Positions 41,601 to 53,186 of a stretch of 64,000 nucleotides of DNA are shown piece by piece. Position 1 is the stretch's first letter. The number at the start of each line of letters is the position of its first letter. The notes under the pieces were generated by a model. That model ran no database searches and was not told the origin of the DNA. It saw only the letters and a list, made by a program, of their open reading frames with translations. The DNA lies in the NCBI RefSeq assembly GCF_964204645.1, contig NW_027437430.1, positions 124,001 to 188,000 on the forward strand. The letters run 5' to 3'. This DNA is from Tubulanus polymorphus (lineage: Eukaryota; Animalia; Nemertea). The translations under genes were made by a program, and so were the position numbers.

Positions 41601-44600
41601 GAGAAATTGAAAATTAAACACCGGCAAAAGAATTCGTAGGAAAAATGAAACATGGCCATTGCAATTGGCATACGTAGTTTTCTTTTATGTCACCAAGCCA
41701 TGATTCCTGACGCTATATTTGTTGGTTCGTACTCATTATTCGGCCGCATTTGGTTAGGTGAAACCGGCGAGAGATTTATATTCTTTGTAAAAAGCTTTGC
41801 CTGTCGTTAGGCAATTAATAAGACCGCATAAGACTGACCAGTGACAGTTTTAAGGCTATTCTTGAGCAGAAAACTGATCCCTTCATCAATCAAGTGCTGT
41901 CAGAAAAATTGGACGTTTGATGAATGTTCTGGATATATTGGCCTACAGGCAAATGATATATAGATGGAATTCTGGCAGAGTGGTATGTCATAAATTTTGT
42001 TTTCCAAATGATATTGGCTGATGTAATGGCTCAGGACGTGACAGTACTCTGTACAAGCTCTTACATCAAGCTCAAACAGAATGGATAGCCATACCACTGA
42101 CGCCATGAAAGTCCAAGTTTCTGACACTTGGATGATTTGTGGTCCCAGCCCTCTTTTTTTCAAAGCGTTGTGAACGAAATTGTTCATTATGGAGTAATAC
42201 GTCATCTATATAGTGACGGCTTACTTTGACAGTTAGGTATAAACTGTACACTTGCCTGTACCAACAAAGACCCTTCAATAAGTCCGGTTACGGGCTGATA
42301 TACCGTAGATGTAAATATTTAGGGTGTTTGAAACTGGCCAACCTACCATATCCACAAGACAGCTTGAGCGCATTTTGCAAACGGCGGTCAATCACTGACC
42401 TTTGTGCCTACATGTATTACTATTCGATGATATGCTTATTTATCTTTGGAACTCTCAATTACACGAGAACTTTGTTCGTATCTTAAGATTAATGTTCTGG
42501 ATCCTATGAATGAATGAAAAATAAAAGATTTAGATTTTCATGTTGACAAAAAACGCAACATGAAACTATAACCCGGAGTGTGAAATTTTATGCAAATACT
42601 GTTGAGTTGATCAACCTTAGGTAATTGGTGATCAATATCATCCCTGTCGAAATAAATCTCAATCGCTGACATTGCCTCGAATTTCCACTTGTAGAACTAT
42701 AAATCATGGCGGTCATGTATGCTGAAATTAAGAGGCTTCGAAAACGTTGGTCGATCATGCAAGGTTCGCATGTCCAGTCACCAACGTCGCAATAAAGTAA
42801 ATTTATGATACCAATATCGCAAAACGTATTGGCCACTTACATGACACATTTCTGATTGACACAAATAACAGTAAATTGTCGCAAATCAGAGGGAAATCGG
42901 TTGTGTCACGTATCCTTGGCATGAACAAACGATTCAGCGGGGAAAAGAGCGATTTCTTGACCACACGACTTTTAACTAAAAACTTAAAAAACATCATCAG
43001 ACATTAAAATAACAAACGTGTTTATGACCTCATAAGTATATATATATGTATATAATATGTACCCTTTTTATCAATAGTCAAAGTAAAAAAAAAGGAAGAG
43101 AAAACACACATGGATATTTTGCAAATGTACATATATTTAGTACAATCATTCTCGCCACGTTGTTGAGCTGTAATTTGGTTGAATAAACTAAACATAGTGA
43201 CGCAAGTTTATATGGGAGCTGACTTGACGGATACCCATTATTGGTGATTAATGCTGTAATATATCAATTCGTTTAAGCTCCTTTATGAGCCTGATCCACG
43301 AGACGAAAATGTGTAATCTTTTCAACTACATTTTGCATAGTTTATACATTAAGGGCGGGTTACCATCATCAAAAACTTGATCACGTGATGCGAACCACGT
43401 GGTTGTATTCGCACATGTCCTTGACACTGCCTTTCGATCTTGAGAGTTAGGGTTGAGTACTTTTCTGTGCACTCGCACGAAGTAGGCTACATTTCTCTAG
43501 CAGTCAATCCGCTACCCGTTTTAATTCCGTTCGTATTAAAACAAACGAGATGTTTGAAGTAAAATTGATGTGTAGCTCGTTCATCTTGTGAATAGTCAAT
43601 GACTCTTGTGTCGTTGGTAAGCTTCGTGAAAAAAGACGAGAAGATTTCGCATTTAAATGGACTATCCAATTAGCGTTTTGTTTCACCGGCTTCTCGTCAC
43701 ATTTATCATTTTTCAAACTTGACAAGTTTTAGTTAGTATTATTGATTAATGCGTATGATTTATTATCATATATTTGTAGGACGTCGTCGTCAACATTAGA
43801 ATAGGGGACCGCGACTGAAAAATATTGAATTGAGTGCCAATCATGTGGTTCGAATCCCTAAACTACGACAATACGCTCAGAATTTTGTTGTTATGATTTG
43901 CAATTTGTTCAAGAAATCATGTTAATGTCTATTAGATATATAAACTACATTCTAAAATACATTTCTTCGTGTCAATAGTGGGTAGTTGTCCGCATCCATA
44001 GGGTGAGGAGATTTAGGAAGCCGACTGACAGAAAACTACATTTTAAATTTCCCTCGCTTGATAACTTTTCTAGCCGATGCGCACCATGCAGCGCCGGGGA
44101 ATGTTTACTTTTATTATAGAAGACGTTGATTGATGATAATGATGATGACGGATTGATTTATAGAGTTCGGGTTTGCCTTGCGTCACGAAATGGTAACAAA
44201 TCATTCAGCGGAAGATATACCCCGCCTGGGCGTCGAATAAATCAAACTACAACCATGCATAAGTCTCCGGTCCAATCTAGATTCAAGGACGAGCCTAACG
44301 GCTTCCTCCCGAGAAATATGTCATGTATTGAATTCGATAATTACAGAGGAAAAGTCGTCCATCATTATATTATATGGCGATTAAGGCTCGTATGATGCAT
44401 TTTAATATGTAACGAAGCTGATACGTACATACACATCTTTCCCTCTCGACACCGTCCATTGGAGCCCGACTTCATGAATTGGCTTCAAATGTTCCTCAGT
44501 CTAAAATGAATCCAAAGATAGGGCCTATTCCACCCACCATACATACATATATTGCAAACTTGATTATTCAGCATCCAGGAGGTCTACTGTATTTCGGAAA

Positions 44601-46376
44601 TGCTGATCATTGATGTTGCGGTGCCTGAAATTAAATGGTTCAAATTGGAATCGGTAAATCGCGCTCGTACGTCAACGACCGTTTTTTCAGGATCTTTCAA
44701 TCCCACGGCACATTCCTGACTAGCAGACGACTTGATGGAAACAGAGTGGCTTCTGTGATAACAAAAGCTTTCCTTGACAGAGATTGATAGCGCCATACAT
44801 CAATGCCAAACTTGATCACCTAATCGTTTGCTTGCGCTTGTTTGATCATGCCGACTGCAAACACGAAATACATCATCTTTGATGTGCGTAATGTGGAAAG
44901 GGTGGGTGGGGTTTATATATATTTTGTTGTATATTTTCTACCATGCCACAGCGCTATAGTAACATGGTCATCGGTGACATTAGTTTAGAACTAAAGAAAA
45001 TTTCTTGTAAAACTAATTAATCGTGCAGATAGATTGACAGAAATATAATAAAACTACGTTCAAAATGAATTTGAATTTAAGTGAGATTGGCATATTCATT
45101 TCCAGTTCCGATAGTATATTGTGGACATATAACTGTGTTGGTATAATATACGATGAACTGTTTCCAATCATGCTCGACTTAACCAGTTTTCAATTAAATG
45201 TTGATCAAGTATGATTGATTAAGATTAACGCGGGTCTAAGTTTTTGATTTACGGATCAATGATCGACGCGTAGACTCCTCAGATGACATATCAAATACTA
45301 CCACGTCTCTCCTCATAGTGAACCACCTTAAACTGATGCTACGTAGTTTCGCGAAGAATCTGGTTCGGTCATCTTATCAAACTATGATTTCTTTTTTAAA
45401 GGAGAGGGATTGTTTTGTATTTTGTAGTCAAGTAAATATTTCGATATTCCTCGCAAAACATTCACCAAGAAGAACTAAGTGTTGCGCCCCTACGTACATG
45501 GAAAAAATGCCTACATCAGACGACTTATCTGATTATCATCCCGAACTGGAATCCCTGAGTAGATGGACCCAATTATCAATTCAATGCCTAGATATTCGTT
45601 CAAAAATGATCCATGGTCAACGTGTTTTATATACGTAGCTACTGGACAGGTCTCGAGGTGTGCGGATATCGTGTTAAAAAGTTTTCGCGTTTCTTCATTC
45701 ATTACTTATTATTCAAGGAAGGTGGTCGTAACTGTTTTCATCACGTGTATGTATCATGTAGATAAGTCACAAGCAGCCATCCATCTCACCTGTCAGTAAC
45801 AGTGCTTAACTATCTCCATTAATGGCACTAAATGACGGTCGTATATCATGCACTTTATTGCACATAGCTGAAGGAGAGGAGAGACGGCAATTCCATGTCA
45901 CAGCAAATTTTCAAATAAATCATCAGCTCGCGCTGAAGTTGCCAATCTGACAGAGATCCGTTCGAAAACTGCAGAGACAGACGGATTACCCAATGTCGAG
46001 TCGTTTTATTAATACTAGATGTCGCTACAGCTATCACGACTTGGCGGCAATTTCAATTTGCTATTCTCGAAGCGAGCGGAAGAGCTATGATTCAACAAAC
46101 AGTTCATGCATTTATAACGTACGCTGGAAGGGGTCCTTTTGTATGTGATGCATCCATTCGAGGAAGGCGAATAAAATATTCTAAGAAAACTTCACATGCG
46201 TAATCAATGGACGATCCCTGTGAAATGCCTCCACCATTCCGTAATACTGAGGCAGGAAAAGCTTGACCTTTTACATCAGGATTGATTCATCCAAGATAAA
46301 GGATTAATTGACACATTCATATACAATACATAAATCCTTGTATTTGTTATAAAATTGTACACAGATCTGAATTGAT

Positions 46377-49300
46377 TCATGTCCCGAATTTCTTCTGTCT
46401 TAATGTTGGTGGCAGTGAATCGAGAAGGGCCATCGGTGTCACCTCAGTTACGACTAATGAGCCATCACGTAGACTTCCGACATGAACTAAATACTGAAAG
46501 AGACATACACCATATAATAGTTACAATAACATTTGAGATAATAATCAGGGACCCAGTTCCACAGTTGTGAGTTAGAGTTAACTCTGAGTTAAAGTTAGTT
46601 CATTTTCAATGAGTCAAATCTGAACTCAGAACTGTGGAACTGGACCCTGGAAGTACATTGCATTTACCTTGTATTTGTTGCAGATGTGTATCGCTCTGTT
46701 GACTTTCGATTGCTTCGTTTTAGTCTTTGGGGAACTTTTGGTTTTGCTCAAAAATGGCTGAAAACAAAAAAGTTCAAGTTCTGAGCAAGAACTATTTACA
46801 TTCCAGTAATGCACCTTCGCACATTCTCTCACCTTTGACTTATCGAGTATGGCCAACTGCTGATCATCGTGCACAATGAACTGATTTTGATTTGAGTGAT
46901 TATTGAAGAGGTTTAGTAGTTTATTTTGCCGATGAATCCAATCATGAGGAAACTGAGCTATGTGTTCCTTGCACCAGTCCGTGTATTGTCTCTTCTCATA
47001 GTCATATTCGAGCACCTAATCAATAGATTGACGCGACGTTTATTTCACTCTCTACATGGAAATCATCGATTCATATCGGATGTACACAACTTACCTTTCT
47101 ATCGCAGTAAGCCACAGTTAATATAGTTGTGTCTGGTAGGAAACTTAAAGCTGTCGGCTGCACGTGATAGTTCGGTAATTTACATAAATACTGCAATGTT
47201 AATTCATCAGTTATCAGATGCAATGATAGTGTTACCAGTTTTACATGAAATGTAAACCTGCGAAAAATTTCAATATCTTTTTCTAGGGTTCTTACAGACC
47301 AGGGAATCCAAAATTTCCCCAATTTTTCCCTAGCCAACCATAAAATCCCTGATTGAATTATAAGATATCCTCAGTGAGGGCTGTTGTCTGTTCCTTGTGC
47401 CACCCATCACCAGCAAGAACAAAAAATCAAATTCCCTGATTTTCAAGAAGAGTCAGAATTCCCCGATTTTTCTGATCCGTAAGAACCCTGTTTTTCTTAC
47501 CACGATAACTACCTTTTTAGCATCTAGATCATAAACGTAGACATTCCGCTGATGATCTGCAGCCGCGACGCGAGTGCCATCATTATTGATAGCGAGTAGA
47601 TGAATACATTCATTTGGTTCTGAAAATTCAAACAAGATCAAAACATATGAACAAATGTCAAACAAATGACTTAAGTCAGGCATAAATTACGCTATACCTG
47701 ATTCTGTAGATGGCTGCATCGTACAAATAAGACTAGGTTGTATTTTATCGACTGAGATGACCTGCACGGTTCCATTGTTTGCTGCTGATATAAGTTTGGT
47801 CGAGTCGTTGTTGAATACGAGTCTATGAGCTGGTAACACGTCTGGATGTTGATACCGCACTCGATGTAAACTGACGTTAATCGTATCCGATTCTTCCTGT
47901 AATTAATGAATGACATTTTCCTGTCTCAAGAGCTGGCACAATGAAGTAACACGGCGTTCATACTATCGCTAGTTAATCCACTCTAATTTGTATCTGGAAC
48001 TGACCAAGTAAGAACCACTGTATCAATAACATTTTCAAATTAGCTGTTTTATCACTGGTCCAGCTAGATGCAATAAAGAGATTGACAGCAAAGTATGCAT
48101 AGTCATGGTCTGTTCTTAAATCTAGAACGGACCTGGATTAGTCTTTTTGGACAGTGTTAATTGGTCTGTTCTAAAATGGAGCGACTAGTTCATCTCGTAC
48201 TTTTCCCAGTTTCGATGTTCATCTGTCCATTCAAAATAACGTACGCTGCTATTATTTCTGTTTTAACTTACCAATGTTACGTGATAGAGACGAACTGAGT
48301 ACAGATCGGAATAAGCAATCCATTTACCGCATGTACTTAATGCCGAACAGACTATAGTTTCCGCATCTCTCGATTTGAGCTGTAGCAGTTTAATCGGGTT
48401 CGTCGTAAGAGGAAGAATATCTCCATTTCTATCTGTGAATAGAAACGAATGTTACTTTACAGTGTAACAGACATACGGTGAACTAATCAGAAAATTCATT
48501 TCAGTTTCTTACTCGATGTCTTATTAGTCGAGCCTAACTTCCATAATTCGAGGTAATTTGAATATTGTAACAAAACCGACGCATCAGCTGCCGCTATATG
48601 AACGACATTCTGAAAAATATATATAGATTGAGTAAATAAGATTAATCAGTCACAGATTCATCCTCGTTTGCTGTGTGTTTATTCACTAACCTGAGGTATC
48701 GCCGGTACTTTCTTATACTTTCCGTCAATCTTCCCTTTAAAGGGTAAATATATGAGATTACAATCGACACCTGAAAAGAACGAAGATTTTGAATAAATGA
48801 CTTTTGTCTTTCATTGCATTTCATTATTGGAGATATTTTTGTACAAACCTCCAGAAACGAGGAATTCGCCGGTATGTACTAATGCTCTGACGTCATGTGT
48901 ATGTGGATTCTGAAGGCGCATTTTCGAGTTCACCCAAGTTTTCCAATCGCTGTCGTCCTTCGTTTTGATGTATTCAAACTGCACTAAAGATGAATCTATT
49001 CCGCTGCAGAACACCGAGTCCCCGTCCTGAAATTATCAAATGCAAAATGAAAATATGTCACGTAGAATCATTAAATAAACATTCTACATTTGTGTCATAC
49101 ATATATCTAAACTCGCCTTATTTATACAAAGAGTTAGTACATCTGCTTGATGGCTTTGGAAACTCTGTGAAAAAAAAAGAAATTGCTTTTGATAGCAACA
49201 CATTTACAATTATCTATTAAACATAATTAACCAAAACAATGAACTGAAGATATTTTCACCTTGATTTTAGTACCCATCTTTCCATTCCAAAATGATGTTT

Positions 49301-50411
49301 TCCCCCTCGAATCACCACTTATGATTGTCATGTCTCTGAAAAATAACAACAAGACTCAGGGTCAACTCACATCTTTTTAAGAAATAAAACCGAAGTTTCA
49401 TCAGAAATAAAATGAATTTAGGCAACACGGAATAAAACGTACTTCGTAACCGCCACGCACCAAATTATGGTTTCTTTACGAGGATCAATTCGACCAACAG
49501 TTAATCTTTGAATGGCATGCCCCGATTCGACGCTCCAAACCCGGATATTCTCCATACCCCCGGTCACTATTCGATCTTCCGTGTCGTTCCAAGCAATGCA
49601 TAAAATTCGACCTGAATTAAGAAAGGAATTAAAGAAAATATTGCACAACAGAGGCGCAACAATTTTGGAAGTGTCGTAGATTGACAACTTACTATCAATA
49701 CGATCAAAGGATTTACTGTACTGCAAACTATCAGATATAATATCAAACAACGCTACACATCCATCTTCAGTTCCTGCCTGTAAGAGATAATCCATATCTT
49801 AAATGATAAAACCTTTCTGGTTTAGGTAGAGCTGAGTATATTAATCACTGTAAATGTGATGAAACTTACAGCAAGAAGAGTGCCAGATGTATTGACTGTA
49901 AGACACCAGACAGCACCAGAATAGGATGGAACGGATTGCTGAAAAAAAGATCGATAAGATCCATTAAATCCTTCATTCGGTTCACTTTAGATCGAGTTAA
50001 TCCTTTTCATGAATCTGACATGCGCGACTGATAAAAAGATTTCTAAATGTATAGGCCTACCTTAGGGCATAATTTCATCAAGTCATATTCAATGATTTCT
50101 CCTTGTAAACCGGCGGAGAAGAGACGCCCAGCCGACCAAACTAGCGCTTCAACCGACCGGCCTTCGCAGCTAGGAATTACCTAAATTAATAAAAACAAAA
50201 TTTCAAACACTGTTTAAACTCCTCAAAGGAGAGGCAATGAGAGAATTCTTACCTTTTGAAGAAACCAGTTATCGGGAATGCTCCATATTTCAATGGATCC
50301 ATTTGATCGCGACAGAGCAATTCTTTTCTTATTCTCATCATATGCTAAGCAGTGAATGGCATGAGGGGTATATTCGAAGAAGCGAACCTGGTGAACCTTA
50401 AATTCAGCCAT
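46377..50411 (-). CDS. UTP4: U3 snoRNP-associated protein 4 (cirhin), WD40 SSU-processome subunit; 17 exons, 677 aa
   Basis: Starts MAEFKVHQVRFFEYTP and ends LPPTLRQKKFGT*, both matching cirhin termini. Exons 50411-50253, 50180-50061, 49938-49870, 49777-49693, 49611-49443, 49335-49260, 49164-49117, 49026-48849, 48770-48691, 48609-48513, 48432-48272, 47896-47698, 47619-47513, 47190-47095, 47015-46833, 46757-46668, 46493-46377 join in phase (2034 nt). WD motifs include HTHDVRAL and IISGDSRGKTSFWN. Confidence 0.95.
46546..46649. mobile_element. PIF/Harbinger-like MITE (~100 bp) in the last UTP4 intron
   Basis: ~27-bp terminal inverted repeats CAGGGACCCAGTTCCACAGTTGTGAGTT / AACTCAGAACTGTGGAACTGGACCCTG with CWG outer triplets; internal palindrome AGAGTTAACTCT; a second copy lies at 11253. 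Confidence 0.75.
47284..47490. mobile_element. Non-autonomous DNA transposon (MITE) with AGGGTTCTTAC terminal inverted repeats in a UTP4 intron
   Basis: TAGGGTTCTTAC ... GTAAGAACCCTG termini; internal TTCCCTGA/TTCCCCGA subrepeats; TTTTTC on both flanks (possible low-complexity target-site duplication). Confidence 0.65.
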
Positions 50412-51137
50412 CACACTTCAAGGAGGAAGGGCAGACACCCAGTGCCGGTATGAAAGAAATCTGAAGAAAATGAAGGCGACTGTGTACATAAAGGTGTGAC
50501 AAACATAACAATAATATGATCAACAAAATAAGAAGGCGTTCCGGATCCATGTCAATGGTGCATTTGTTTCAACTTAATTTGGATAAAAGGGATGAATAAA
50601 GGAACCGAGTTTGAATTGAATTGCCTATTTTGGTTTCATCTAATCTATTGTTTCAGTTGTTACTGACTGACAACTGATTTTTCCACGCTCTTTCATGAAT
50701 CTGAATGATTAACTTTAAACTGACTTGTATATCTGAAATAGGACTACCTACAAAGATCGAAATAATGCTTTATTTAAGGTTTTAATCGTGGCAAACACGT
50801 TGAGAGCAGTGTTGGTTATTCAGCGGTGTATTTGGCGCTGATTCAAGATGGAAGCTATGTAGAGGGCGCTGTAAAATGTTATAGAATGGCATCTCAATCA
50901 TAGCATCCAGCTGGTACCGCTATGATTGTGGTTCGAATCCCAATGTAAACTATCGTCATTCATCGATCTGACAGTAGATGGCAGTACTAACCAGGAAGTC
51001 GACGCGCGGATAATTTAACACTAATCATACAAATTTGCCCTTAAGTTTAGCCAAAACTCTATCTGCAGTTTAATGTCCATATAATTTATTATGCAAATTA
51101 TTGTTTCACATCATAAGTTGATGTCACAATAATTATA
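50412..51137. promoter_or_regulatory. Bidirectional promoter region of UTP4 (-) and CHTF8 (+)
   Basis: Divergent start codons separated by 726 bp; ETS-like CAGGAAGT near 50992, CTCF-like GTAGAGGGCGC (~50859) and CAGTAGATGGCAG (~50972), and a B-box-like GGTTCGAATCC (50930). Confidence 0.55.
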
Positions 51138-51707
51138 ATGCAGATTGTTATCCAAATGTAAGAAAGACAAAACAATTGAATGAAGTCATACTAATTACCA
51201 AAAATAACCGACTGATCCTTTTTATTTTCCGATATTCTTTTTTTATAATATTGATTATCGTATGTTCATAGACCGAGTGATGATGGTTCTCAAGAATGGA
51301 CGATGGTGGAACTTCAGGGTGATTTAGAAAACAGACACGGAGGAAGTCCTAATCTTTCTGGTAAATTCATCGGTGATTTACATTTCACGAAAAAGGTATC
51401 GAACTTGAGTGAAAAAGCAATCCCTGAATATTTGACCGATGTAGACAATAAAAAGTTTGAAAATCTATTTCAGGGAGTACCAATACTCATAATTGGACAT
51501 CATATACTGTATGGGAAGGTGACGAATCTCGACAAGCCGTTCGCCGTTGTTAGAAAGGAGAGAAATGTCATTCCACTTCAAGAAGCAATTGAAGCTGATT
51601 TGAAAGCAGAAGGGAACAGTTACATCGTAAAAGCTATCATTACAAAAAAACTTGTCTTCAAAACTCGTCCGAAGCCGATTATAGCTCATGTACCTAAGAA
51701 AATATGA
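51138..51707 (+). CDS. CHTF8: Chromosome transmission fidelity protein 8 (Ctf18-RFC subunit); join(51138..51157,51272..51395,51474..51707), 125 aa
   Basis: MQIVIQ|IPSDDGSQEWTMVELQGDL...FIGDLHFTKK|GVPILIIGHHILYGKVTNLDKPFAV...KKLVFKTRPKPIIAHVPKKI matches the Ctf8 family; canonical splice sites join in phase. Confidence 0.95.
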
Positions 51708-53186
51708 AGATTCATGGGTAATAAAAAAAGCTGGATGCTACTTATATTGAGAATGGAAGATTAGTTTCTGTTGTATTTCTGTTCTTCAGTGAATTAAACT
51801 GTGATTAATAGTATGCCTATGAATGCTTACCATATTCATGCATTTACGTTTGGCACTTAACGGTTGAATCTGCAGTTGTACATGTAATTCTAAAAAAGTA
51901 AATAAGCTGTATCTGTAATGACTTCATACGGAAAAATGTCTGGCCAAAATATATGAATTTCATTACATCCGATATGCACATTGTATTATACACAGATCTT
52001 GCCAAACTCACTGTTATATCAACATTTGATAATAAACACGATGTTTACAGAAGATATGAATTAATCTTGATTATTCGATAAGAGTCTTATTTATGTATTT
52101 ATCTATTGTCTTTAAATGATATCGAGTTATCGTACTAAACGTACATAGGTTTATCGGTTTTGACTTCTCGAGGAAAATCGGGTTATTCCGTCATTATCGA
52201 TATGACCTCGGTCCATGCTGATTTATTTGGCCACTCTGTCCGCGAAAACTTGTGATCGTTACACTCGGACACCAATCACACGGGAAAACTGATGCGGATG
52301 TTTATCAAGATAAGAAATTGACTACACGTACGCATTAGATGTATATAAGCCTACATTGAATATTTCATTTTCTTTCGCTTATCGACGAAGACCATTAAGT
52401 TATTATCGTAATTGCCAAAATTATTGATTTGCGTTCGGGTGCCAAATTAGACAATAATTCAGTCTGAAGTAAGTTTCGCGTACCAGCATTTGGTGCAATC
52501 ATGGACTGTGAAACGAACTAGAGTTTTACGGTGCAATACATAAAACTTGTTACAGCGATAGTACTCTAGTACTTATTGCTGCACTGATTCCCGTTCTATT
52601 GCACTCACACGCTTCAAACACTTAAGATATTTATCTAGCACTTAAAAACTGTTATAATATTTTGTAATCTGAAAATGATGATTAAGCCATTATTTTAGAC
52701 TCCTTGTCATTATCAGATAATGAATAACCCAAATAACGCCTGCTTATGAATATAAGAAAATTACTCAGTCGAGCCAGTGTTCGATGATAATTAATGAATC
52801 AACGATGGTTTCGTTTGCTTTTTTCGCTCATATGACCAAATTTCAAAATCGTCTGCGTCTGGATCGATCGATATGACGTACGCTCGATATTGACTTTTAA
52901 TCACCTACTGGAAGATAGCGGACAAATAAAAGAAGATAAAACTTTCTAAACCAACCGCAGCTTATCAGTCACATGACTTTCCAGTACGTATATAACCTGG
53001 ATATAGCAAGTGCCAGCGCTGGTCTCTCATTGCAGCCCTTTCCAGGAAACGCAACAGCTGATTAGCGATCTGATTTTCATCTCCACATCAATGTATAAAT
53101 ATAACGAAGTCAACACAATCTACGTTTAATTAGTAACAAGAATTCAATCGATCAAAATTGCGGGCTGCTTGAGAACTTTGCGAAAA

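Noticed and set aside
33290-46037. Many 60-106 aa ORFs downstream of teashirt, and similar ones in its intron
   Set aside because: No domain similarity or consistent exon chain; lengths are what random AT-rich sequence gives when alternative starts are allowed.
47900-50060. Intronic snoRNAs in UTP4 (ribosome-biogenesis genes often host them)
   Set aside because: No convincing sense-strand C/D or H/ACA box pairs with terminal stems seen by eye; an Infernal/snoscan run would be needed to exclude them.
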